From Octopus bimaculoides (Eukaryota), in contig NC_069000.1 in NCBI RefSeq assembly GCF_001194135.2, positions 23,947,995 through 24,011,994 on the forward strand: DNA of 64,000 bases. Reading direction: 5' to 3'. The position numbers were made by a program, and so were the translations under genes. Every line of letters starts with the position of its first letter. Within the stretch, counting starts at the first letter, position 1. Positions 1-11,381 of this stretch are shown in pieces. The notes below the pieces were generated by a model. The model was not told where the DNA came from. It did no database searches and saw nothing but the letters and a program-made list of their open reading frames with translations.

Positions 1-103
1 GAGCCTGGTGTTGCCATCCGGTTTCACCAGTCCTCAGTCAAATCGTCCAACCCATGCTAGCATGGAAAGCGGACGTTAAACGATGATGATGATGATGATG
101 ATG
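1..103 (+). mobile_element. 3' tail of RTE-LINE-related short element ending in (GAT)n
   Basis: ...aacccatgctagcatggaaagcggacgttaaac(gat)n; near-identical text recurs at 13955-14061, 58470-58570 (-) and 60785-60878. Confidence 0.8.
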
Positions 104-1219
104 TTTCTGTACCATTTCTGCTTGCAATGCTACTTTACACAAAAATTCAAAGTGAAAATTTATGTAATGTTTGTGGGTTTAGACATCAGAGGGACACTTC
201 AGAAAACTTGCATCAATGGTGCGCTTTCATATTGCACGTCTTTCAGACATTGTTTTTTTGCTTATATCGGGAGGAAACAAAAAGTAAATAAAAGTATGGT
301 CAGGGAATGAATAATTAGTCTAGAGATCATGTGGGAAGGATGAAGAGGAAGAATAATAAGATGAAATGACTTTAGAGTATGTAAGTAGGTGAAAAGAGAT
401 GAAAAAAATGAAAAAAAGAGGGGAAAACCTAGTAGAGGTGGGTGTGCCCTAAAGAGTGAAAGCAGAAATTAAGAATTTAGAGTATAATGAAGAAGTGGTC
501 AAGAAATTTATAAACTATATTAGTTTTGAATGAACATGGTTGAGGTGAATTGAAAATATATGAAAAATTCGAGAAAATATAGAAAAATCAAATATAGAAA
601 TAATAAACAAATAAATACGATGTAAAGATTGAAAATTAATACTTACCTAGTAATGCATATATAACAGCCCTATGAAGGAGACTAAGGGTAAAAGGGATTA
701 GGGTTAGATATATAATGCATTACATTTAAAAATTTAAAAATTAATAAGAATTAGAGTCTAGAATTAGCAGAAGTAAACTATGATATTAGTTATGCAGTAA
801 CTTGCCAAATCTTTATAAGTGGAGGAGTAGATAAGGCATGAGGGTAAAAAGGGATTAGGGTTGAATATATGAAAAATTTCTAAAAACTAATTAAAAAATC
901 ATAAAGAAACAAGTGAAATGTAATAAATTATAAATTATAAAAATTATAGAAATATATTGTTTTGAGAAGTGAAATAAACTGAAAAATGAATAGTTGGGGG
1001 AAACAATAGTCCATTTAAACAGTTAAAGAATGAGAGTTAAGAATTAGTAGAGGTTAATCTAATAAAGGTCAGCAAAAAGTGAAGTATAATATCAATATTG
1101 TAATAGGATGCTGGTATTTTATATTTATGAACTGTAAGAGACATTAAATGACAATAGCTGAAAGTATGGAATATGGAATATAGAATAATAGTATGGGAAA
1201 GTTATGAAAATATATAAAC

Positions 1220-1535
1220 AGACACATATATATACATATGCTTGTACTAACATCGAAGCATGTAGGCCCCCACTCTCACATATATGCACATATGTCGATG
1301 TGCACAGACACATGCATATCCATACACACATGTTCATACATATTCATATATGCACACACACATATATATATATATACACATAAATACACACCCATACACA
1401 CACCCACATATATTTATACATACGCATACATACATCTACACATACATACATGTACACATATATACACACATAGATGTATATATAACAACAGTACATACAT
1501 GTATATGTGTATATGCACATGTATATATATATATG
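1220..1535. repeat. Compound (TA/CA)n low-complexity tract
   Basis: Read directly; it produces the spurious His/Thr/Tyr/Ile-rich ORFs. Confidence 0.9.
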
Positions 1536-1852
1536 GGTGTCTGTGAATGTTGTCTCGTGGTCAAATAAATCTTTACCCATCAAACGAAATCTGGTACCAG
1601 TGACAATGCTGTACTGACCATCCACTCTGAAAATCTTTAGTTCAGGTAAACTGATTTGCTATATATTGCTCTTTCTTCATATATTAATGTTCTTAGCTTC
1701 TTCTTTTTCTTCTTCTTAGAGTGAGAAGGCATTAGGAGGATATGTTATGGGGAAGAGATTCAACAGGGATACATTGGGTGCGGGAAGATTCCTAAAGTTG
1801 TGAAGGGTAAGTGGGGGATAAAGGAGTAGTGAATACAGCAAGTATATATATA

Positions 1853-2158
1853 CAGGGTGCCATTGTATATTTTGTTGCCATTGTATATTTTTATTTCACA
1901 CATTCACATTGTTTGTTTTTGATTTTGTCACAGTTTGGTGGGGTCAGTTGGGCACTGACTGTGAGAAAAACAGCACCACAACACAATACACTCTGCCAGA
2001 AATTTAGAAACGACATGCTGTACTGCTTGGCATTCATGCCGGAAGCTCCAATACAAACATTTCAGAATGTTTGGGAGTCAATTTGAGGACATGTACTGAA
2101 GGTGATAAAAACCAAACATCCAGTCAACAACATGGTGTTTGAAGTGATCACTAGTGAT
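1853..2158 (+). mobile_element. maT (DD37D) deletion derivative, 5' part, truncated by an RTE LINE
   Basis: TA + CAGGGTGC TIR start; colinear with 5786-6120 and with the full copy at 40446; ends abruptly at ...gatcactagtgat. Confidence 0.75.
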
Positions 2159-2159
2159 G

Positions 2160-4420
2160 CAGCGAAGTCTAGCACTTGCCCACTATAGCAGTATAAAATC
2201 ACTACTGCAGCGATCTCTCAGGAAGATCTCTCAGGAAGAACACTTGGTGAGAGGATCTTGCTCGTGATGTTCAGGCTGCTGCTGATGCAAATGACAGCAA
2301 GAAGCTTTACCATCTTATGAAGCGAGCTTATGGACCCAAGAGCTCCACATCAGCTCCTTTGCTTTCCAAGGAGTCTTCCACTCTGTTTACTAAATCAACA
2401 GAAATCACAGGTCGCTGGATCGAACACTTCTCTGAACTCTTAAACCATGAGTCAGTTGTGGATGAAACAGTGATTGATGCTATGCAACAAATACCTATCA
2501 TTGGCTCCTTAGACTCCTCGCCCTCAATAAATGAAGTAATGGCATCAATAAGTAAATTGAATCTTAGTAGGGCACCTGGAAAAGATGGAATTTGTGCTGA
2601 GGTCTTGCGATTTGGTGATAATTACATCACACAGTCTCTTCTTGAATTTATTAGTGCAGTCTGGAGTGATGGTGCAATGCTTAAGGACTAGAAGGATGCA
2701 ATTATTCTTCCTCTATATAAAGGAAAAAGAACCAGAACAATGTGTGGTAACTACAGAGGTATTGCTCTACTATCAGCTGCTGGCAAAGTTCTGGCAAATA
2801 TTCTTCTTACCTGTCTGAATGGGTGTCTTGTAAATGATGATGATGATGATGTCCTATCTGAATCTTAATGTGGCTTCTGATTTGGTAGAGGGACAATGGA
2901 TATGATTTTCACAGCAAGACAGATGCAAGAGAAGTGCTATGAGCAGAATATGAATCTTGTCCAGGTATTCATTGATTTAACAAAGGCCTTTGATACTGTA
3001 ATTAGGGCCTTGCTATGGAAAATACTTGGCAAACTTGGATGTCCGGATCATTTTGTATCTATAATTAAATCATTTCATGATGGGATGGAGGCTTGGGTCA
3101 ATGTTGGTGGTGGCATGGCAGGACCCATTCCTGTAGAGAATGGTGTCAAGCAGGGTGACATTCTTGCCCCAACTCTCTTTTCTTTGTACTTTGCTGCTGC
3201 TTTTACTCATACTTCTGCTAAGGTTAGCTTTCTGGGAATATATGTCAGATATTGATCTTCTGGCCGCCTCTTTAATCTTCGCCGATTTGCTGCCAATTCA
3301 AAGGTTCTCCAGTCTATTATTCGTGACCTCCTTTATGCAGATGACTGTGATTTAGTCACTCATACAGTGGATGACATGCAAATGCTCATGAATTGCATTT
3401 CTGCTTCTTGCAAGGCATTTGGACTCAGCATTAGCCTGGACAAGACTGTTGTAATGTTCCAGCCTGCACCAGGAAATCCATATGTGAAACTAGCTATCTT
3501 GGTTGAAGGAACAATTCTGAAGGTAGTAGACAATTTGTCTACCTGGGCAGCACACTCAGCCGTTCTTACTCTCTGGATGAGGAAATATCTTTCAGGTTGC
3601 AGAGAGCAACTAATTCCTTCCGGTCTCTTCAGTCTCATGTCTGGTCCCAGCATGGTATCGCAAGGCAAACAAAAGTTGCTGTGTATCGTGCATGTGTACT
3701 GACATTGCTCCTCTGCTCATGTGAGACATGGACTCTGCACAAACGTCAGGTAAGGGTCCTTGAACACTTTCATCAGAGATGTCTCAGACACATTCTCAAT
3801 GTTGGCTGGACCTCAAAAATTCCAGACACACAGGTCCTGAGTACAGCTGATATCTTGAGTATTGAGGCGATGGTGCACAAGCACCGGTTACGTTGGACTG
3901 GACACCTTANNNNNNNNNNTGAGTATTGAGGCGATGGTGCACAAGCACCGGTTACGTTGGACTGGACACCTTATTAGAATGAAGGGTAGCAGGATTCTTA
4001 AGCAGATGCTATATGGAGAACTTGTGAATGGAAGGAGACTCCGGCAGAAACCAAGGCTGCGATTTAAGGACTGTATCAAGTCCTCATTAAAAGACTGTGA
4101 TATGCAGGACACTGACTGGGAGAACAATGCCTGCCATCACCACGGATGGAGGAAGCAGGTTAAGGAGGGGATCGACACTTTGAGAGAGCATGTATCCAGC
4201 GTGAAGAACCTAAGCGAGCCGCGCAAAAGCGCATGGCTTGTATAGTAATTTGGGAAAGCTTGGTCGACAATGTTTGCAGTCGTGTATGCTTGTCAAGAGC
4301 AGGGCTCATGAGCCACCAACGGAGCTGCAAATGCAAAATATAAGTTAGTCCTAGAATGCACAATGTTCCTGAAGGTCAGCAATGGTCTTCCTCGATCACG
4401 AGTGGACAGCCATCATGTAT
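2160..4420 (+). mobile_element. RTE (BovB-like) LINE, 5'-truncated, with frameshifts and stops
   Basis: RT motifs FIDLTKAFD, GVKQGDILAP and LLYADD, then C-terminal CETWTL, LRWTGH and RFKD; 3' UTR ends in a (TATG)n tail. Confidence 0.9.
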
Positions 4421-5284
4421 GTATGTATGTATGAAAGGATGCTTGCATGTATACATAGGTATGTATGTATATATATACTTATACATGTGCTTATATACAT
4501 ATATATACATGTGTGTATATATGTATGTATATATGCATGTGTATGAGTGTTTGTTTTATTGTCTTCTTGCTTTGACATTGGGCAATTATATTAAGCAAGT
4601 GCTACTGCCATGCAAGAGGTGTTCTTCATTTCAATCAGCCATGTAAACAAGTATGGACATGATGAAATATAGGTGAGAGTTGGCAACCAGAAGGGCACCT
4701 AGCCATACAAAATCTGTCTGATCTATGGAAGCATGGAAAAGTGGATGCGAAGTACTGGATCTTCCCAGAAACAGCTGTAAGACTCTATCCATAAAATACT
4801 TCTCCAACCTTACCATTGCTCTCTTTATATTTTTATTTTTATATATTTACATTTATATATATATATATATATNNNNNNNNNNNNNNNNNNNNNNNNNNNN
4901 NNNNNNNNNNNNNNNNNNNNNNNNNNNNNNNNNNNNNNNNNNNNNNNNNNNNNNNNNNNNNNNNNNNNNNNNNNNNNNNNNNNNNNNNNNNNNNNNNNNN
5001 NNNNNNNNNNNNNNNNNNNNNNNNNNNNNNNNNNNNNNNNNNNNNNNNNNNNNNNNNNNNNNNNNNNNNNNNNNNNNNNNNNNNNNNNNNNNNNNNNNNN
5101 NNNNNNNNNNNNNNNNNNNNNNNNNNNNNNNTTTTTATGTTCTCGTTTCTCATTCTGTCACCGTTTTTTTTAATGTCCTGTATCCATATATGCATGTATA
5201 TAAACATATATATGTAGGTATGTACATATATGTATGTATATATGTATCTATTTATATATTATATCATTATATATATATATATAT

Positions 5285-5558
5285 ATATAAATGTAATGCT
5301 TGAGAAAACCTATCAAGCCAAATAAAATCGCAGTAGTGGCAGATATTGGTGTCACACAAACGGCACCCACACTGGTGGCATGTAAAAGCACCCATTACAC
5401 TCTCAGAGTGGTTGGCATTAGGAAGGGCATCCATCTGTAGAAACCATGCCAAATCAGATTGGAGTCTGGTGCAGCCTTCCAGCTTACCAGCCCTAGTCAA
5501 ACCATCCAACTGATGCCAGCATGGACAACGGACATTAAATGATGATGATGATGATGAT
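5285..5558 (+). mobile_element. RTE-tail short element with (GAT)n tail
   Basis: gagtggttggcattaggaagggcatcc...cattaaat(gat)n, same family as 1-103. Confidence 0.8.
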
Positions 5559-5781
5559 ACAGGTGGGGTGGTTTGAGCAGTTCCTGGCTTTGAGTAAAAG
5601 AAAATACAGGAGGATCAGTTGATTATGATTTTATTCAACATATTCCCCTCCCAGATCCACACACTTATTGTAGCACTCCTTCAGTTTTTCTAAACCCTGT
5701 AAAAGAACTTGGAAGTTTGGACCTCCAACCAGCCCTTTCGCAATATGCTTAAAGCCAGGAACTTTTCAGCACCCCCTTGTA
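5559..5781. mobile_element. Mariner-type MITE (~220 bp)
   Basis: Imperfect TIRs tacagg...gcagttcctggcttt / aaagccaggaacttttcagcacccccttgta with TA ends. Confidence 0.65.
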
Positions 5782-5785
5782 TATA

Positions 5786-6654
5786 CAGGGTGCAATGGGT
5801 AAATTGTTGTCATTGTATATTTTTTATTTCCCGCATGCACATTGTTTGTTTTTGATTTTGTCAACTACTTAGTATAGTTGGATCAGTTGGGCACCATTTG
5901 TGAGAAAAACAGTACTATGATACAATTCACTCAGCCAGAAATTTGGAAACAGCGCGCTGTACTGATTGGCATTTGCACCAGAAACTCCAATATAAACATT
6001 TCAGAGTGTTTGGATGTCAATTTGAGAACAGTTCAATCTGAGGACATGTCCAGAGAGTGATAAAAATCAAACATTCAATCAACATCATGGTGTTTGAAGT
6101 GATCACTAGTGATAGCAGCATTATGCCTCCATTCATCTTCCCACACAGCCTCAAACTCAACATGGAGACCTACATCAAGTACCTGGAGGAGGTAGTTCTG
6201 CCCTGGATCAAGAGGGTGGCTGCTGAAAGACCTTAAGTCTGGCAACAGGACTCTGCATCATGCCACACAAGCAGGAGAACCCAGTAGTGGCTGTCAGACT
6301 TTTTTGACGACCACATCACCCCTAACATCTGGCCACATCTGGTTCACATCTAACTCCCTACACTGCAACCCCCTTGATTATTATGTGTGGGGTGCAGTTG
6401 AGCGAGAACTGAAAGCAAGGATTTTGGCAGCATTCACCAGTTTAAACAGGGAGGCTGTCCAGAAGAATTGCAGGAGATTCCGAAGTCATCTGGAGGCTGT
6501 GGTTGAAGCCAATGGCAATTTTATTGAATAAATTTACTCTTTAGTATTTCAAGATATTTTTATGTCATTTTGGTAAATATATCTGTTAAAATGAGATGTC
6601 AGTGTTATTTTCATTTTTGCATAATTTAGATGACAGTTTATTCATTGCACCCTG
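5786..6654 (+). mobile_element. maT (DD37D) internally deleted non-autonomous element, 869 bp
   Basis: TIRs CAGGGTGCAATG / CATTGCACCCTG flanked by TA; transposase C-terminal remnants (PLDYYVWGAVE, LEAVVEANGNFIE). Confidence 0.88.
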
Positions 6655-7496
6655 TATATATATATATACATGGGCAATTTCTTGAGCAATTTCTTGGATT
6701 GTAAAACAATGACTGGAAAAGTTTGGTATNNNNNNNNNNNNNNNNNNNNNNNNNNNNNNNNNNNNNNNNNNNNNNNNNNNNNNNNNNNNNNNNNNNNNNN
6801 NNNNNNNNNNNNNNNNNNNNNNNNNNNNNNNNNNNNNNNNNNNNNNNNNNNNNNNNNNNNNNNNNNNNNNNNNNNNNNNNNNNNNNNNNNNNNNNNNNNN
6901 NNNNNNNNNNNNNNNNNNNNNNNNNNNNNNNNNNNNNNNNNNNNNNNNNNNNNNNNNNNNNNNNNNNNNNNNNNNNNNNNNNNNNNNNNNNNNNNNNNNN
7001 NNNNNNNNNNNNNNNNNNNNNNNNNNNNNNNNNNNNNNNNNNNNNNNNNNNNNNNNNNNNNNNNNNNNNNNNNNNNNNNNNNNNNNNNNNNNNNNNNNNN
7101 NNNNNNNNNNNNNNNNNNNNNNNNNNNNNNNNNNNNNNNNNNNNNNNNNNNNNNNNNNNNNNNNNNNNNNNNNNNNNAAGACATTTAAAATCACCTAAAA
7201 AAGCATTAGGTGATTTTAAATGTCTTGCCCGCTCACGTTTTTGGTATGCTGCTATATTTCATGTTGAGAACAATTTAGGTCTTAATAGACACAAGATGTG
7301 ATCTATTTCTAGCGCATTAATTGTCCACGTTAGTGGTCGACGTTATTTTTTAAAATGTACCTTAATCCCCTGAGATTGCAGATGATATTTCTGAATCTCT
7401 GATTCTTTAGATGTGCTGGCCTCCTGATAATTAATCGATATTAATTAATATATGACTAATTACCAGATTTTATAATAAATATAATTATATATATAT

Positions 7497-7527
<31 letters not shown>

Positions 7528-7543
7528 TAGACATATATATATA

Positions 7544-8190
7544 CGAGGGGAAGTAAAAAAATTATCCAGACTTTCGCCATAACATATCTTTATTATTATC
7601 ACACTGCCTTCGGCACATGCATGCTTGTAGTTGGCACTATTGTGGTCACGTGATTGAAGTTTGAGCCTGATCACGCCATTCTTCTTTCTGGCTTTACAGT
7701 GTCAGTATGGTTGCTCCACTAGCAATGTGCACCAAAGAAGAACAAAGAGCAATGATCCGAGAGATGGCAATAGTGAACCGCTTACCATCTCTCGAGCTTG
7801 CTGAAACTTCTTATCAGTGGTGGAGGTTGATGGGCACCCTGCTCCCTCTTCATGCGTCATGCTTGTCTGGCCACTTTTAAACTTCTTGATCCACTCATAC
7901 ACATGGTAGTGCACTGTCCCCATATTGTGCTAAAATTCTCCGATGAATTTCAGCACCTGACACACCTTCTGACCAGAAAAATTGGATCACTACTCTTTAT
8001 TCTTTGGTGCACATTGCTACTGGAGCAGCCATGCACAATAAAACCAGAAAGAAAAATGGCGCAATCAGGCTCAAACTTCAACCACATGACCACAACTGTA
8101 CAAACTATAAGCACGCATGTGCAGAAGGCAGTGTGACAATAAAAAAGATATGCTATGGCGAAAGTCCGAATAATTTTTGACTTCCCCTCG
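7544..8190. mobile_element. Mariner-derived foldback element made of two fused 5' ends
   Basis: TA-flanked; 7544-7760 is the inverted counterpart of ~7965-8190; the - strand encodes a mariner N-terminus (VYEWIKKFKSGQTS...GCPSTS). Confidence 0.82.
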
Positions 8191-8369
8191 TATATATATA
8201 TAAATTCAAATTACGACAAACGTAAATAAACAAACGAAGTTTGCTTTTAGAAGCATTGAGATGTCTTAGAAAGTTAAAGAAGTGATTTTAAATTCTCAAT
8301 CGCAGAATAATGCTAATAATATAGCCTGAACAGGATAAACTACCCCTATTTTGCAGAAAAAAGTGTAGG

Positions 8370-8440
8370 TGGCGAGCTGTGGACTTGAACTCACATCCCC
8401 GTGATTACGCATCACGATGCTTTGACCGATTAGTTTAGCT
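8370..8440 (-). pseudogene. tRNA-like remnant (SINE head or tRNA pseudogene)
   Basis: Anticodon-like stem CGTGA/TCACG with loop TGCGTAA, GAGTTCAAGT B-box and 3' CGCCA; lacks U33 and a 5' acceptor strand. Confidence 0.45.
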
Positions 8441-8454
8441 TATATATATATATA

Positions 8455-9480
8455 TATATCATCATCATCATCATCATCATCATTTAACGTCCGCTTTCCA
8501 TGCTGGTATAGGTTGGATGGTTTGACTGGGGACTGGTGAGCCAGATGGCTGCACCAGGCTCCAATCTGATTTGGCAGAGTTTCTACAGCTGGATGCCCTT
8601 CCTAATGCCAACCACTCTGAGAGTGTAGTGGGTACTTTTACGTATCACTGGCACAAGGGCTAGTCAGGTGGTACTGGCAACAGCCATGCTCAAATGGTGT
8701 TTTTACGTGTTACCTGCACAGGAGCCAGTCCAGCCGCACTGGCAACGCCCTCACTCAAATGTTGTTTTCCATGTACCACCGGCACAAGTGCCAGTAAGGC
8801 GATGCTGGTAATGATCATGTTCGAATGGTGCTTTTTACGTGCCATCGGAACGGGGGCCAGTCAGCGGCCCTGGCAACGATCATGCTCAGATGGTGCTCTT
8901 AGTGCTCCACTAGCACAGATGCCAGTCATGTGGTGCTGTCATCGAATTTGATTCCGATTTCACTTGCCTCAACAGGTCTTCACAAGCAGAGTTTAGTGTC
9001 CAATGAAAGAAAGTTATGCCTAAGTAGGCTGGTTACACCACTGGCATAGGCCATGGGTTACGGTCTCACTTGGCTTGCTGGGTCTTCTCAAGCACAACAT
9101 ATTTCCAAAGGTCTCGGTCACTACTCATTGCCTTGGTGAGGCCTAATGCTTGAAGGTCGTGCTTCACCACCTCACCCCAGGTCTTCCCTGGGTCTACCAC
9201 TTCCACAGTTTCCCTCAACCACTAAGGTGTGACATTTTTTCACACAGCTATTCTCATCCATTCGTACCACATGATCATACCAGCGCAGTTGTCTCTCTTG
9301 CACACCACATCTGATGTTTCTTAGGTCCAACTTTTCTCTCAAGACACTTACACTCTGCTGAGTATGCACACTGACATTACATTTCCAGTGGAGCATGCTG
9401 GCTTCATTCCTTGCAATTGTCTGGCATGAGTGGCAGAACATCTAGATAATATGATTTCAGTATACATGTACTTCATCACT
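8455..9480 (-). mobile_element. RTE-clade LINE 3' end with long 3' UTR and (GAT)n tail
   Basis: ORF remnant LRWYDHVVRMDENSCVKKC...GRPR; the 3' UTR holds ~70-bp subrepeats and the shared tail. Confidence 0.82.
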
Positions 9481-9489
9481 AGCAGGCAT

Positions 9490-9752
9490 CCACTAGTCAC
9501 ATGCCATCCAAATTTTACTGCTAATGATATATAGTAAAACAGTGACTGCTCTGTCACTTATATTACAGATACCTGGCAAGTTTTTAAAAAAATAAATATT
9601 AATGATAAAAGCAGTATTAATATCAAATGGCAATCTTTATATTCTACTTAATGTTGATGTATTGTTAGAATGCCATATTAATGGCAGTGAACAGTCACTG
9701 TTACTCTATATATTATGAGCAGTGAAATTTGGCTAGCATGCAGCTAGTGGAG
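9490..9752. mobile_element. Small MITE with ~70-bp imperfect inverted arms
   Basis: ccactagtcacatgccatccaaattttactgc... versus ...gcagtgaaatttggctagcatgcagctagtgg. Confidence 0.5.
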
Positions 9753-10071
9753 GGCCACTACCAATGAAGCGCATATATGGTGAAATCACATGAGCTAGCA
9801 GTTTTATTATCCATGGTAGACATCTGCTTATGATATGCTTGTGCTTTTAGCACAGTATGTCTATGAGAGGATCTCTCAAGGCAAACACTGCAGTAATACA
9901 GTGTTCTAACAATAAATCCATGTTAAGTAGGATATAAAGATTGCTAGATATACACCTACATATATATATAAATATCCATACACAGACACACATATATGTA
10001 TGCGTGTTCAGAAAAGGGGATGATCCAGCATGGCCACAGTCATATGACTGAAACAAATAAAAGAAAATTTA

Positions 10072-10107
<36 letters not shown>

Positions 10108-11279
10108 AATATACACGCATGCATATTCATAANNNNNNNNNNNNNNNNNNNNNNNNNNNNNNNNNNNNNNNNNNNNNNNNNNNNNNNNNNNNNNNNNNNN
10201 NNNNNNNNNNNNNNNNNNNNNNNNNNNNNNNNNNNNNNNNNNNNNNNNNNNNNNNNNNNNNNNNNNNNNNNNNNNNNNNNNNNNNNNNNNNNNNNNNNNN
10301 NNNNNNNNNNNNNNNNNNNNNNNNNNNNNNNNNNNNNNNNNNNNNNNNNNNNNNNNNNNNNNNNNNNNNNNNNNNNNNNNNNNNNNNNNNNNNNNNNNNN
10401 NNNNNNNNNNNNNNNNNNNNNNNNNNNNNNNNNNNNNNNNNNNNNNNNNNNNNNNNNNNNNNNNNNNNNNNNNNNNNNNNNNNNNNNNNNNNNNNNNNNN
10501 NNNNNNNNNNNNNNNNNNNNNNNNNNNNNNNNNNNNNNNNNNNNNNNNNNNNNNNNNNNNNNNNNNNNNNNNNNNNNNNNNNNNNNNNNNNNNNNNNNNN
10601 NNNNNNNNNNNNNNNNNNNNNNNNNNNNNNNNNNNNNNNNNNNNNNNNNNNNNNNNNNNNNNNNNNNNNNNNNNNNNNNNNNNNNNNNNNNNNNNNNNNN
10701 NNNNNNNNNNNNNNNNNNNNNNNNNNNNNNNNNNNNNNNNNNNNNNNNNNNNNNNNNNNNNNNNNNNNNNNNNNNNNNNNNNNNNNNNNNNNNNNNNNNN
10801 NNNNNNNNNNNNNNNNNNNNNNNNNNNNNNNNNNNNNNNNNNNNNNNNNNNNNNNNNNNNNNNNNNNNNNNNNNNNNNNNNNNNNNNNNNNNNNNNNNNN
10901 NNNNNNNNNNNNNNNNNNNNNNNNNNNNNNNNNNNNNNNNNNNNNNNNNNNNNNNNNNNNNNNNNNNNNNNNNNNNNNNNNNNNNNNNNNNNNNNNTAAG
11001 ACTACCCTTTCAGATATACTTTCATTGTGATTTCTGCAATGTGGTGCATAAATTGTCAAGTAAATGAGACGCATCTTTGCCTCCACTGATTCACTTGCAA
11101 AGTGTTGAGTAAAATTATTTCGTTGCAGACCTCCTTTGGGTCTTTTTATTATCACTACGACACACATAGTCCCCAGTTGGTAACATTGATTTCAAGGCCC
11201 TCCTAGATGAGAGACTGGCATTCCACTTAATGTCTATGTTCCATGCTGGCATGGATTGGAGAGTTATTAATGTAGAAAT

Positions 11280-11381
11280 ATGGTATCGTAGCTACTAACA
11301 GTTGAGGGTTGCGTAGTCTAGACGGCGTTTTTAGATTTCATTATTCTCTTTAACCCGGGCAAAGCCGGGTATTTCTGCTAG
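11280..11381 (+). mobile_element. Helitron 3' terminus
   Basis: GC-rich hairpin ACCCGG-GCAAAG-CCGGGT, 7-nt spacer, then CTAG followed by T; the 5' boundary is not defined. Confidence 0.7.

Noticed and set aside
1577-1626. Possible 50-nt - strand exon (VDGQYSIVTGTRFRLM)
   Set aside because: Weak polypyrimidine tract, no recognisable homology and no partner exon
3849-3972. Direct duplication in the RTE LINE across a 10-N gap
   Set aside because: Identical sequence on both sides of a placeholder gap indicates an unmerged contig overlap, not biology
8370-8440. Functional tRNA-Thr(CGT)
   Set aside because: No U33, missing 5' acceptor strand and mismatched T stem; kept only as a tRNA-like remnant
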